Assembly (NCBI GenBank): GCA_963805815.1
Contig: CAWDWA010000010.1
Location: 65,700-129,699 of the forward strand
Reading direction: 5' to 3'
Length of the DNA: 64,000 nucleotides
Source of the DNA: an uncultured Verrucomicrobiae bacterium
GTDB lineage: Bacteria > Verrucomicrobiota > Verrucomicrobiia > Chthoniobacterales > Chthoniobacteraceae
Within the stretch, counting starts at the first letter, position 1; each line of letters starts with the position of its first letter. A model generated the notes under the pieces. That model did not search any database, was not told the DNA's origin, and saw only the letters and a program-made list of their open reading frames with translations. The position numbers and the translations under genes are program-made. This document shows positions 31,664 to 40,901 of the stretch, piece after piece.

Positions 31664-32740
31664 TTGCCGGTGCTGATTAGAATGTTTTCCGACCCCGTCG
31701 TTTCAGTGGTGATTCCGGCATTCAATGCAAGTCGGTCGATTGGGGAGACAATCCGATCCGCTTGCACGCAGACGCTTAGAGAAATTGAGATTATCGTGGT
31801 GGACGATGGATCCACAGACGCGACATTTGAAATAGGGGAACAATTTGCTAAAGAGGATCCGCGCGTGCGCGTGATCACAATCGACAATGCCGGAGTCGGA
31901 GAGGCACGCAATGTCGGAATCCAAGCCGCGCGGGGAAAATCTATTGCACCACTTGACGCGGATGACCTATGGGAGGCTGAAAAGCTGGAAATGCAGGTTC
32001 GGCGAATGGAAGAATGTGGAGAAGGAACAGGGTTGGTATACTGTTGGTCGCGGCGCGTGGATGGAGCCGGAAAACATCTCGGAGCCTACTTTCCGGCCGT
32101 TTTTGAAGGAGATACGAGGCGAGCCCTCATTCTGCAGAACTTTATTGGTAACGCGAGCGTCCCGTTGTTTCGCGCAAGCGCTCTGCGGGAGACCGGTCTC
32201 TACCTGACGCGCAAAGAGCAAAGGGGGTGGGAGGGATGTGAGGATTGGGAATTGTCTATTCGAATTGCTGAAAAGCATCAGGTTGGTGTCGTCCGTAAGA
32301 CGCTCGTCAGCTATCGCCAAGACGATTCTTCCATGAGTTCGTGTGCTGCGAAAATGGTGAGTTCTTTCCGAATCGTGATGAGTCAAGTTCGTCGGAGGAA
32401 TCCGGATCTCCCCCGCTTGCTTTTTCAGTGCTCGGAGGGATACTTTTTTAACTATCTGGCTACCAAGAGCTATCGTAATCGCGATTTCTGTGGATGCCTG
32501 CTGGCTTCAGGGTTGGCGCTTCGTTCGGATCCAGCTTCGTTACTCAACCGCCGTTTGCTCGGCCTAGCAGTGAAAAGTTTTTTATGGGTTGCTTTCGGAA
32601 GACAACACCGGAGCATTCCAAGGATGTCGATCGGTAAGCCAGCGGGTGTGCGTCGAATGAACGATTTGCCATTACCCGATACGTACTTCGGCAGGGTGCA
32701 GTCGCAACGGTGGCATCGCGTTCTGCGCGATGCACCTTGA
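31664..32740 (+). CDS. Glycosyltransferase family 2
   Basis: 358 aa. VSVVIPAFNASRSIGETIRSACTQTLREIEIIVVDDGSTDAT and LDADD DxD. Confidence 0.8.
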   Translation: MPVLIRMFSDPVVSVVIPAFNASRSIGETIRSACTQTLREIEIIVVDDGSTDATFEIGEQFAKEDPRVRVITIDNAGVGEARNVGIQAARGKSIAPLDADDLWEAEKLEMQVRRMEECGEGTGLVYCWSRRVDGAGKHLGAYFPAVFEGDTRRALILQNFIGNASVPLFRASALRETGLYLTRKEQRGWEGCEDWELSIRIAEKHQVGVVRKTLVSYRQDDSSMSSCAAKMVSSFRIVMSQVRRRNPDLPRLLFQCSEGYFFNYLATKSYRNRDFCGCLLASGLALRSDPASLLNRRLLGLAVKSFLWVAFGRQHRSIPRMSIGKPAGVRRMNDLPLPDTYFGRVQSQRWHRVLRDAP

Positions 32741-33149
32741 TCTGGCTCTGCTTTAAGCGCGAATTTACGGATACTTGGAAGTCTCCTGGCGAGGGTGATA
32801 CGAAGCACAAGTCGAAAGTGAGAGGTACAGGGTTTCACTTTCGATTATTATGTTTGCGAACTTCGCGCGCCGGTGTATCAACTGCCATTTTGCGTTGCAC
32901 GGGAGGATCGATCCGAGTCGCCGTTCAGGACGGATTTCGGAGAGGCCGGAGGAGCAGTTGGGGAGGCGTCAATATCTTATCGTGTTGCTACTTCGTGCTC
33001 ACTATCGCGCCATCCCCCCAAGGACATTCCAGCGCAATTAAACCCCGATGAGCTTCGCCTCAGGTAACACCGAATGGATGGACATGGAAATGGTAGTCGA
33101 GCGCATGACTCCACCGATTTTCAAACAGTCCCACGTTGATGAAATAAGG

Positions 33150-33780
33150 TCCGGCCCCTGACTAATTCGGGTAAGCCGCCGGCTCTGCCGGGAGACTCCC
33201 GGAGTTTGACAGCTCCGGGAGTCTTTTTTTGCGCCGTTTCGGGGAGAGCCGCTCAAAGCCAACCCGAAAGGACTAAGCAAATGGACTATCAAAGTCTGAG
33301 TCACACCAAGTGGGAATGCAAATACCACGTGGTGTTCATTCCGAAGTGTCGCCGCAAGGCACTGTTTGGAGAGTTGCGTCGCCATTTGGGGGACGTATTT
33401 CACGAGCTGGCCCGGCAGAAGGAATGCCGGGTGGAGGAAGGGCACCTGATGCCGGATCACGTGCATATGCTCCTGAGCATACCGCCGAAGCATTCGGTGG
33501 CGCAGGTGCTGGGCTTCCTGAAAGGCAAGAGTGCGATTCACGTCGCGCGAGCCTTCGGGGGGGCGAAAGCGCAACTTCGTGGGCCAGCAATTCTGGGCAC
33601 GAGGCTATCTGGTCTCGACTGTCGGCAAGGATGAGGCGGACCTCGACGCTGAGTTTTGCGAGTTTCGCGCGAATTTCCTTTTCCTCGGGTCCGGGCGAAC
33701 GGAAATGAAAAGGCGAGGTAACCGAAGAAATTCTCCTTTGCCATTTCCTTATCGATCTTCGGGAAATCGATTTCCGGCAC
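33150..33780 (+). mobile_element. IS200/IS605-family element copy 1 (tnpA frameshifted, right end diverged)
   Basis: Palindrome-rich left end (ctgccgggagactcccggagtttgacagctccgggagtc) followed by tnpA. The reading frame breaks in a G-run near 33560. Confidence 0.65.
33282..33690 (+). pseudogene. tnpA: IS200-type Y1 (HUH) transposase TnpA, copy 1, frameshifted near its 3' end
   Basis: MDYQSLSHTKWECKYHVVFIPKCRRKAL...HLMPDHVHMLLSIPPKHSV contains the HUH (HVH) motif. The tail continues in the ORF 33531..33902 frame (GRKRNFVGQQFWARGYLVSTVGKDEA). Confidence 0.75.
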
Positions 33781-33786
33781 ATGTCC

Positions 33787-34203
33787 TTAGGATTCATGAG
33801 CTGAGTGCGATACGCCGCGAGCGAGAACTCTGTGGTGGAGTGGAACACCTTCTTGATTCCCTGCGGCTTTTCTTCCCTTCCAATCGGGACGGACCACCAT
33901 AAAGCTGCCTGCTTCAAAACCCGTCGCCCGGCTGCCAATATAGCCATAGATAAACGTGTTGCCGTCCTGGAGCATTACCGAGTAATAGCGCGGCTTTTCG
34001 ACCGGAGGCACGGACAACACGATCGGTTCGGTCCGCAGGTCGAGCCACAAGAGTGAGTACGGCGTGTCGCTGTTGGGAGTGACGATGGCAGTATCCTTGC
34101 AGGTATAGACCCGGTGCTCGTTCTTGATGTGGTTGAACGGCGCTTTGAACTGCGGGATGTCCTTGTCCACGGCGTATTCGTACATCACAGCGTAGTTCAT
34201 CAC
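33787..34203 (-). pseudogene. DUF1254-domain protein fragment (N-terminal about 150 codons of a DUF1254/DUF1214-type protein), cut on both sides by IS200 copies
   Basis: TPNSDTPYSLLWLDLRTEPIVLSVPPVEKPRYYSVMLQDGNT is DUF1254-like. The in-frame sequence continues upstream into the IS200 copy-2 end with no start. Length is far short of the usual ~450 aa. Confidence 0.5.
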
Positions 34204-34235
34204 GATCTGCAGACCGTAGATGAAACCTTCCTCGA

Positions 34236-34866
34236 TGCTTAGCCTAACTAATTCGGGTAAGCCCCCGGCTCTGCCGGGGAGACTCCCGGAGTTTGACAGC
34301 TCCGGGAGTCGTTTTTTGCGTCGTTTCGGGAGAGCCGGTCAAAGCCAACCCGAGAGGACCAAGCAAATGGACTATCAAAGTCTGAGTCACACCAAGTGGG
34401 ATTGCAAATATTACGTGATGTTCATTCCGAAGTGTCGCCGCAAGGCGCTGTATGGAGAGTTACGTCGCCATTTGGGCGACGTATTTCACGAACTGGCCCG
34501 TCAGAAGGAATGTCGGGTGGAGGAAGGGCACCTGATGCCGGATCACGTGCATATGCTCCTGAGCATACCGTCGAAGTATCCGGTGGCGCAGGTGCTGGGC
34601 TTCCTCAAAGGCAAGAGTGCGATCCACATCGCGCGCGCATTCGGAGGGCGAAAGCGCAACTTCGTGGGTCAGCACTTCTGGGCACGAGGCTATCTGGTCT
34701 CGACCGTAGGCAAGGATGAGGCGGTGAATCCAGGAGCAGGAACAGCACGATAAGCGCTCCGATCAACAAGAGATGTTCGGTGGCGAAGTCCGGCTTTAGC
34801 CGGCTCAAATGACAACCCGCTTTGAGCGGTTCCCTTCTTCAAGCCTCCGGCTCTGCCGGAGGTTGC
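34236..34866 (+). mobile_element. IS200/IS605-family element copy 2 (apparently intact, about 630 bp)
   Basis: Same palindromic left end as copy 1 (34236-34330), intact tnpA, and a hairpin-rich right end that recurs inverted at 14345-14480. Confidence 0.75.
34367..34753 (+). CDS. tnpA: IS200-type Y1 (HUH) transposase TnpA, copy 2
   Basis: 128 aa from MDYQSLSHTKWDCKYYVMFIPKCRRKAL. Contains HLMPDHVHMLL (HUH) and FWARGYLVSTVGKDEA (catalytic Tyr region). Confidence 0.8.
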   Translation: MDYQSLSHTKWDCKYYVMFIPKCRRKALYGELRRHLGDVFHELARQKECRVEEGHLMPDHVHMLLSIPSKYPVAQVLGFLKGKSAIHIARAFGGRKRNFVGQHFWARGYLVSTVGKDEAVNPGAGTAR

Positions 34867-34872
34867 TGACTT

Positions 34873-36706
34873 TCCCCCTGAATTTTTTCTAAGTGCCTCA
34901 AAATCAACAAAACGATACCGGGAGGTAGCAAGTAATATTTCGCGGTTTGTTGTTCTTTTGTGTTTCGGTGTCATATTTATTCATTTAGATTGGTAGCAAG
35001 TGTTCGTTCAGGCCACCAAATCCCGTCGCAACGGCAAAACCTATGTCACCTTCCTGGTTCGCGAGTCCTTTCGCACTCTCAAAGGCCCGCGCTCACGCAC
35101 CGTCTGTAACATCTCCAAATTGCCTCCCGAGGTGCGGCAGCTCGTCGCGGATTCCCTCTCTGGGCGCACCTTCATTGAAACAGAAGCCCTCGAACTCGAG
35201 CGCACCCTGGATTTCGGCGGTCTGGCCGTTCTCGTCGAGGCCTGGAAAGCCATGGGGCTGGATCAACTCCTTGAGGGGATCGGCACCGTGCGGGAGCGCT
35301 CTCTCATCAAAGCAATGGTCTTCTCACGCTTGCTTTTTCCCTGCGCCAAGCTTGCTCTCAAAGAGCAGGCCCGCGGAACCCTCCTGGCATCGGCCTGTGG
35401 CTTGCCATGCGGCGAGGAGTTTGACGAGGACGATCTCTACGAGGCCATGGACGCCCTCACCGGCCACTGGTGTGCTCTGGAAAAAGGCCTCGCTGCCGGA
35501 GCCTTTACTGAGCCGGTCAGCCTGGTGCTCTACGATCTGACCAGCGTTTACTTTGAGGGTGCCGGCCCGGACCATTTTGCCCGTTACGGACACAGCCGCG
35601 ACCACCGTGGCGACCGTCCCCAGATCATCCTTGCCGTGGCCACCGACACCGCCGGAACGCCCCTCCACCTCTCGGTGTTGCGCGGCAACCGCGCCGATAC
35701 TTCCACGCTGCAAAGCTTCCTGAAAATCCTCCAGCGCCGCTTCGCAATCGCCGAGGCGGTGTTTGTGTTCGACGGGGGCATGAGCAGCAGAATTAACCTC
35801 GAAGTACTCGAAGCTGAGGGGATCAGCTTTGTCACCAGGCTCTCCAACGCCACTCTTGAAGCGCTGCTCAAAGAACTGCCGCAGGATCAGCAGCTCGAAC
35901 TCAGCGACTCCACTCGCCTTCTGGAAATTGAGCACGAAGGCAAGCGCTACGTGATTGCCGGAGGCCCGTGGCGCAAGGAGGGCGACCGGCAGCGACGCGA
36001 AGCCCGTATCAGCAAAGCGGAGGCCGCATTGAGCAAAATCGCTCGCGTCAAACGGCGCAAACCCGACGCGCAGAAGATCGCCAGCCAGGCGGGGCGAGCC
36101 CTGCAGCGTCTCAAGGCCCACAAATACTTCACCTACCGCGTCGATGAGTCCGGCATCCTGCGCTGGGAACGCAAAGCCGGGGTGATTGCCGCCGAGAGTG
36201 CCCACGATGGCTGGTATCTTCTCCACACCAATCTTACTCCCGCGAAAGCTGATGCCCCCGTTGTCCAGCGCCACTACAAAAATCTGCTCGAAGTCGAAGA
36301 AGCCTTCTGCGAATTCAAAAGCTACCTGCAGGTGCGCCCCGTCTTCCACTACAAACCCGAACGCGTCCTCAATCATTCGCATCTGCTTTCTGGCCTATTG
36401 GATCAGCGCGCGCCTGGCTCGCCAGTGGCGCACGAGGGGAGAAATCGGGGAAGTCACACGCATTCTGCGCCAACTCCAAAGCATCCGTCTCGGTTACATC
36501 TCGGTCGCAAAGCACGGCCGTCCGCTTCTGGCCCGCCTCACGAGGGTGCCTGCCGAACTGAACGCCCTGTTAGCCAAACTCGACCTCCTCCATCTCTTCG
36601 CGGCCCCGCCAACGTGGGCCGAAATTCCCGACACAGCCCAGTTGTAGCCCGAAAAAATTCGGACGCCCTGAGTTTATCAGTGATTCCGGCCTTTTCAGGG
36701 GGAAGT
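34873..36706 (+). mobile_element. IS1634-family (IS4 superfamily) insertion sequence, about 1.83 kb, transposase frameshifted near its 3' end
   Basis: Imperfect terminal IRs actttccccctgaa (34873-34886) and ttcagggggaagt (36694-36706). Inserted directly after the IS200 copy-2 right end. Confidence 0.65.
35000..36647 (+). pseudogene. IS1634-family DDE transposase with a +1 frameshift at about 36380
   Basis: YDLTSVYFEGAGPDHFARYGHSRDHRGDRPQIILAVATDTAGTPL is the IS1634 signature. The C-terminus continues in ORF 36186..36647 (IRICFLAYWISARLARQWR...). Confidence 0.7.
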
Positions 36707-37099
36707 TAGGTTAGCGTGTCGATGCCCCTCTTCGCATCGATGACGGTGTCTTCAGCCAAGGTGGAGGGCGAGAGCGCAAACGCGCTGATGACCACCGTGG
36801 TGCGGGTCGATGTGAGTTTAATGCTTCTTCTTTGATTCAGTTGAGGTTGACGTGGAAGGTTATTTTACCAGTTCGATCTCGCTCGGCTTCCATTCCTTGG
36901 TGAATTTTTCCTCGTAATGCGCGATGCGCCGGAGCCGCGTAACCCAGAAATCGAGTTGCCACGCGGGCTGTTCCTCCACGCGCGGCCAGCGTCAGGAAGT
37001 CAGGCTCTATCAATTACAGTCACCCTATGGGAGGGTTAAAGCCCTCGCCTTCAGGCGACGGCTTCAGCGTGGTGGGGCGGGGATGTTAGAGTGGAGAGA

Positions 37100-37320
37100 T
37101 GAAAGAGTATCGGCGAGGGGCGCACATGTGTGGGCGAGAGGGTACTTTCTGCTGCAGCAGCGGAAATGTGACCGACGAGGTGATCAAGGAATACATTGCT
37201 GGTCAGATCGAAGATGCGGACGACGATTTCAAGGTGGAGGGTGGAACGTGAACTGCGGCTTTAGCCGCCAAAGCGCGGCTTCCAGCCGCAACCCGAAGCC
37301 ACCGCCTTCGCCTTTAGGCG
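37100..37320 (+). mobile_element. Solo IS200/IS605 3' remnant: last about 30 codons of a tnpA plus hairpin-rich end
   Basis: WARGYF followed (after a frameshift) by VTDEVIKEYIAGQIEDADDDFKVEG, the conserved TnpA C-terminus. Then gcggctttagccgccaaagcgcggcttccagccgc palindromes. Confidence 0.45.
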
Positions 37321-37329
37321 GTGGAGCAT

Positions 37330-38190
37330 TCACTTCAGCTTCAGACCATGGCGCTTCCAGAACGACTTCAACGTTCGGTGGGAGCCGTTGAAGACGTTGC
37401 GCTCAAGGGGGCGATCGATCCCGCCGAAGTAGAGCGGGAAGCGATACCTGCCGTGATTGTATACTTTGGGGCGCGAGCGCTCGCGCTCCCAATCCACCCC
37501 ACCATATTGCCATAGCGTCCAGTCGGACCAGACGCGGTATTGCTTCACCAGTCCGTCCGGACTGCCCGGCGCGGGAAAGTCCGGACCCTTGCCGCTGGTG
37601 TGGGAGTAGAGCGCGACCCAGTAGGGCATGCGACGGAGCTTGGCTTTTGTCGCGGTATCCGTGTTGCCGAGGAGGAGCTTCAAGTGAGTGCTGTTTTCCA
37701 GATACGCGACTGGCACGACGCCGGTGCGGCTTTCGACGCGGCTCATGAAGCGCAGGATGTCGGACATCCGCGACTGCGCATCGAAATCTGCGCACAGCAG
37801 CAGCGCAGGCGCTCTCCACGAACGGCTGCGGGCCAGGGCTTGTGCGCGCGAGACGAATTGATTCGCCTGCTTTACGGCGTCCACGTGCGTCTGCAGGCGG
37901 TAATAGACGCCGGGCAGCATACCGGCCCGGTCGGCCGACGCGAGGAAGGTGGCGCACTTCTCGTCGAGCTTTCCGCCTTTGCCGGCCCGGGCGATTAGCC
38001 CGCTTGCGCCACTCTTCCGTAGCGCGGAAACATCACGCTCCGAGTAGCTCACGCCGACGCGTTGCTTCTCCTTCGGATCGTAGGCGGAAACATTGATGAT
38101 CTGCGGCATCGCTGCGAGTGCGGCGGGCGTGCTGACGCGAAGGCAGATAACGAGAAGGAGAATGTAGGGCAGAAGGATGAGACGTTTCAT
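37330..38190 (-). CDS. Secreted glycoside hydrolase family 25 (lysozyme/muramidase-like) protein
   Basis: 286 aa. N-terminal signal peptide MKRLILLPYILLLVICL. IINVSAYDPKEK...SGASGLIARAGKG...CADFD...YLEN pattern resembles GH25 TIM-barrel muramidases. Confidence 0.5.
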   Translation of the reverse strand: MKRLILLPYILLLVICLRVSTPAALAAMPQIINVSAYDPKEKQRVGVSYSERDVSALRKSGASGLIARAGKGGKLDEKCATFLASADRAGMLPGVYYRLQTHVDAVKQANQFVSRAQALARSRSWRAPALLLCADFDAQSRMSDILRFMSRVESRTGVVPVAYLENSTHLKLLLGNTDTATKAKLRRMPYWVALYSHTSGKGPDFPAPGSPDGLVKQYRVWSDWTLWQYGGVDWERERSRPKVYNHGRYRFPLYFGGIDRPLERNVFNGSHRTLKSFWKRHGLKLK

Positions 38191-38527
38191 CGGGATAGAG
38201 CACGGTAGTAAAGATCACCCGCGGTCTCCATGGCAATGGGAGAATCAGTATGCACTCCGGCATCGGAGGCGGCCTTAGCACCCCGTGCGCGTGCGAAATG
38301 TACCTTCGCGGTGGACCGGCATTCTCCCGGGCACAAATTGGGAACGATGCAGAAGATTACGCCTGTGCGTCAGGAAATCGGCGTGGCCAGCAGGGCGAGT
38401 TCGGCGGGGGTGAAGTCTTTTTGGAAGTCGATGGGACCGATAGTGCCGGAGACCTCCTGCCTGTAGACGAGCATGCCCGATAACTGAAAAGGATTCCCGG
38501 ATAACAAATACCTGATTTTCCTCCGCC

Positions 38528-39799
38528 ATGGAACTCGTAATCACCGCCCTCTATATCTGGGTCATCTGGCTGGTCTGGTACAAGTTCAAGTGGCTCAAAC
38601 CCAATATCGTGTGGAAGGTGACCTGGCCTTCCCTTTGGGTTGCGGCCATCTCGCTGGAATTGATCTCTCTCGGTCAGTTCTGTCCCTACGGCAAGAACGC
38701 GTTCATCTGGACCTTCGTGTACCAGATGGCGCCCGAATACGGCGGCATCGTGACCGAGGTTCCGGCGAAACCGAACGTGCCAATGAAAAAAGGCGACACG
38801 CTTTTCCAGATGGATCCCACGCCCTGGGAATACGACGTCAGGATGTATTCGGCGCAGCTCGCCCAGGCGAAGGAAGACGTCAAGGAAAGTAAGGCGGCTC
38901 TCGACGAGGCCGAGGCCGACCTGATCAGCGCGCGGCAGCAGGAGAAGGTTTTGCTGGCCGCGGTGGATGCCGCCAAGGCCGACGTAGAGCGAGCAAGCGC
39001 CGAGCTGAAGATTTCCCAGGAGGAGTTGGCGCAATTCCAGGGAGCAGATCGGACCAACTCGGTTGCGAAACTCAAGTTGGAAAATGCTCAGAATACCGTG
39101 AACAGTCAGAAGGCCGAGCTGGACCAGTCCCGGGCGAATGTGCGAGAGGCTAAGGCGCAACTCACGCAGTTGAAGATCGGCGGGATACCCAAGGCGCAGG
39201 CGGCCAGGGACAAGGCCGAGCTTGCCTACAATTCCAAGATCGACGGTGAGTTTACCGAGGTGGCCCAGATTCAGGCACAGCTCGACAAGGCGAACTACCA
39301 GGTGAAAAGCACCACTCTTGTCGCCCCCGTCGACGGGTACGTCGTGGATCTCAATCTCCAGCCGGGAGTCGAGATCCGGATGAAGCAGCAGGTGTTGACC
39401 TTTGTTGACGGCGATCCGGGCAAATACTGGGTGGTCGCCGTCGTCCCGCAATTTGGGTTGCAGCGCGTGCGGCCGGGCGACCCGGCCGAAGTGATGCTGA
39501 AACTCTATCCCTCGGAAATTTTCAAGGCCGAGGTGGTGGATGTCGTCTGGGCGACCGGGGAAGCTCAGGCCGCCACGAGCGCATCCCTGCCCAACCTCGC
39601 GACACTGGGAGGAGGTGAATCCGGGGGAAACTTCTACGCCGTGAAGTTGGCGCTCAAAGACGTTCCCGCGGGGTTCACCCCCCGCTTCGGCGCATCAGGC
39701 AAAGCGGCGATCTATCCCAAGGTCGCCCCCGATGTTCTTGTCCTGCTTCGCCGGCTGGAGATCCGCATGGATTCATGGGTGAGCTACCTGTATCGCTAG
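38528..39799 (+). CDS. HlyD-family membrane-fusion/periplasmic adaptor protein
   Basis: 423 aa. N-terminal TM segments, biotin-lipoyl-like GIVTEVPAKPNVPMKKGDTLFQMD, a long coiled coil (AQLAQAKEDVKESKAALDEAEADL...), then a beta-barrel domain VAPVDGYVVDLNLQPG. Confidence 0.7.
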   Translation: MELVITALYIWVIWLVWYKFKWLKPNIVWKVTWPSLWVAAISLELISLGQFCPYGKNAFIWTFVYQMAPEYGGIVTEVPAKPNVPMKKGDTLFQMDPTPWEYDVRMYSAQLAQAKEDVKESKAALDEAEADLISARQQEKVLLAAVDAAKADVERASAELKISQEELAQFQGADRTNSVAKLKLENAQNTVNSQKAELDQSRANVREAKAQLTQLKIGGIPKAQAARDKAELAYNSKIDGEFTEVAQIQAQLDKANYQVKSTTLVAPVDGYVVDLNLQPGVEIRMKQQVLTFVDGDPGKYWVVAVVPQFGLQRVRPGDPAEVMLKLYPSEIFKAEVVDVVWATGEAQAATSASLPNLATLGGGESGGNFYAVKLALKDVPAGFTPRFGASGKAAIYPKVAPDVLVLLRRLEIRMDSWVSYLYR

Positions 39800-39854
39800 C
39801 CCGAGGACCCTGTGGTGGTGCTTTGGGTTACAGATCGCTAGATCATCACCAGCG

Positions 39855-40598
39855 ATGTCGGCTTATCCATCCAACCCTGCACCAACAAAGCGACTGCGCC
39901 TGAAGTTGGCGTCGGGTTTTGGCCTGTTGCCTCGCTCCGGGGCCTGGTTTCTTTTCGCCCTGATCCTGCTCTTCGTAACTGCGCCGTTTGTTCGGGAGTT
40001 GAAGGACGGCCCGGTGATTGACGCGGCGCTCATGACGGTGGTCTTTTGCGTGGGAGTCATGGCCGTGGGCGGGAGTCGTCGGACGCTGGTCTGGGCGATT
40101 GCCCTGGTGATGCCGGCGTTGGTGGGTAAATGGCTCGAGCACTTCTGGCCGGGTCTGCTGCCGGATGCGATTCCGATCGCGGCCTTTCTGATTTTTATCG
40201 CCTTCCTAATCCTTCACTTTCTTCGATTCATTTTACGCGCACGGCGGGTCAACTCGGAGGTGTTGTGTATAGCAGTTTCGACTTACTTACTGCTGGCGCT
40301 GCTGTGGTCCTCAGCCTACGTCCTGGTCGGGCAGTTGATCCCCGGCTCGTTCTCCGGAAAGCACGCCGATGTTCAGTCTCTCCGGGGGTTCGAGGCGATC
40401 TATTTCAGCACGATTACCCTTACAACCGTGGGCTACGGAGACCTTTCACCGGCGTCGCCTCCGGCTCGCATGCTGGCGATGATGCAGGCGATCACCGGCA
40501 CTATGTATGTAGCGGTACTGATAGCCCGCCTGGTTTCTGTTTACACGGTTGAAGCGTCGGATCACAGCGAACGAAACCACAAATCACCTGAGCAGTAA
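39855..40598 (+). CDS. Potassium channel protein (Ion_trans_2, 2TM-type)
   Basis: 247 aa with a TVGYGD selectivity filter (TITLTTVGYGDLSP) between hydrophobic helices. Confidence 0.75.
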   Translation: MSAYPSNPAPTKRLRLKLASGFGLLPRSGAWFLFALILLFVTAPFVRELKDGPVIDAALMTVVFCVGVMAVGGSRRTLVWAIALVMPALVGKWLEHFWPGLLPDAIPIAAFLIFIAFLILHFLRFILRARRVNSEVLCIAVSTYLLLALLWSSAYVLVGQLIPGSFSGKHADVQSLRGFEAIYFSTITLTTVGYGDLSPASPPARMLAMMQAITGTMYVAVLIARLVSVYTVEASDHSERNHKSPEQ

Positions 40599-40901
40599 CT
40601 TTCATGCGTGTGACAGCGACTCACACGATCACGACAACGAGAACGGCTGAGGGGATGGAATCACCATCGCCATGGCGCTGATGGTCAGCACCGGCCCGAA
40701 GCGGATGTGGGGTATATTTCGCCGGCAGATCGGGACCTGGCGCAATAACTCTAGTAGAGTAGGGAGACCTCGACGGGATGAGAGGCACAGGGCCAATGAC
40801 CGCTCGGGTCTCCCCCTCATCGAACCGGACATGCGGATTTCCCGCATCCGGCTCTCGGGGGCTATTGACAAATCACTCGGGGGAAGAATGCGCTACTCGA
40901 T

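Noticed and set aside
36860-36990. Minus-strand tail ...RWPRVEEQPAWQLDFWVTRLRRIAHYEEKFTKEWKPSEIELVK*
   Set aside because: Reads like the last about 45 codons of some gene but no start and no identifiable family. Probably another gene fragment near the IS1634 end.
36924-37391. 155-aa Arg/Gly-rich ORF
   Set aside because: Low-complexity translation. The only meaningful signal is an out-of-frame IS200 TnpA C-terminal stub, called instead as a mobile-element remnant.
38357-39451. 364-aa minus-strand ORF
   Set aside because: Lies antisense to the HlyD-like gene. Arg/Leu-rich translation typical of a GC-rich shadow frame.
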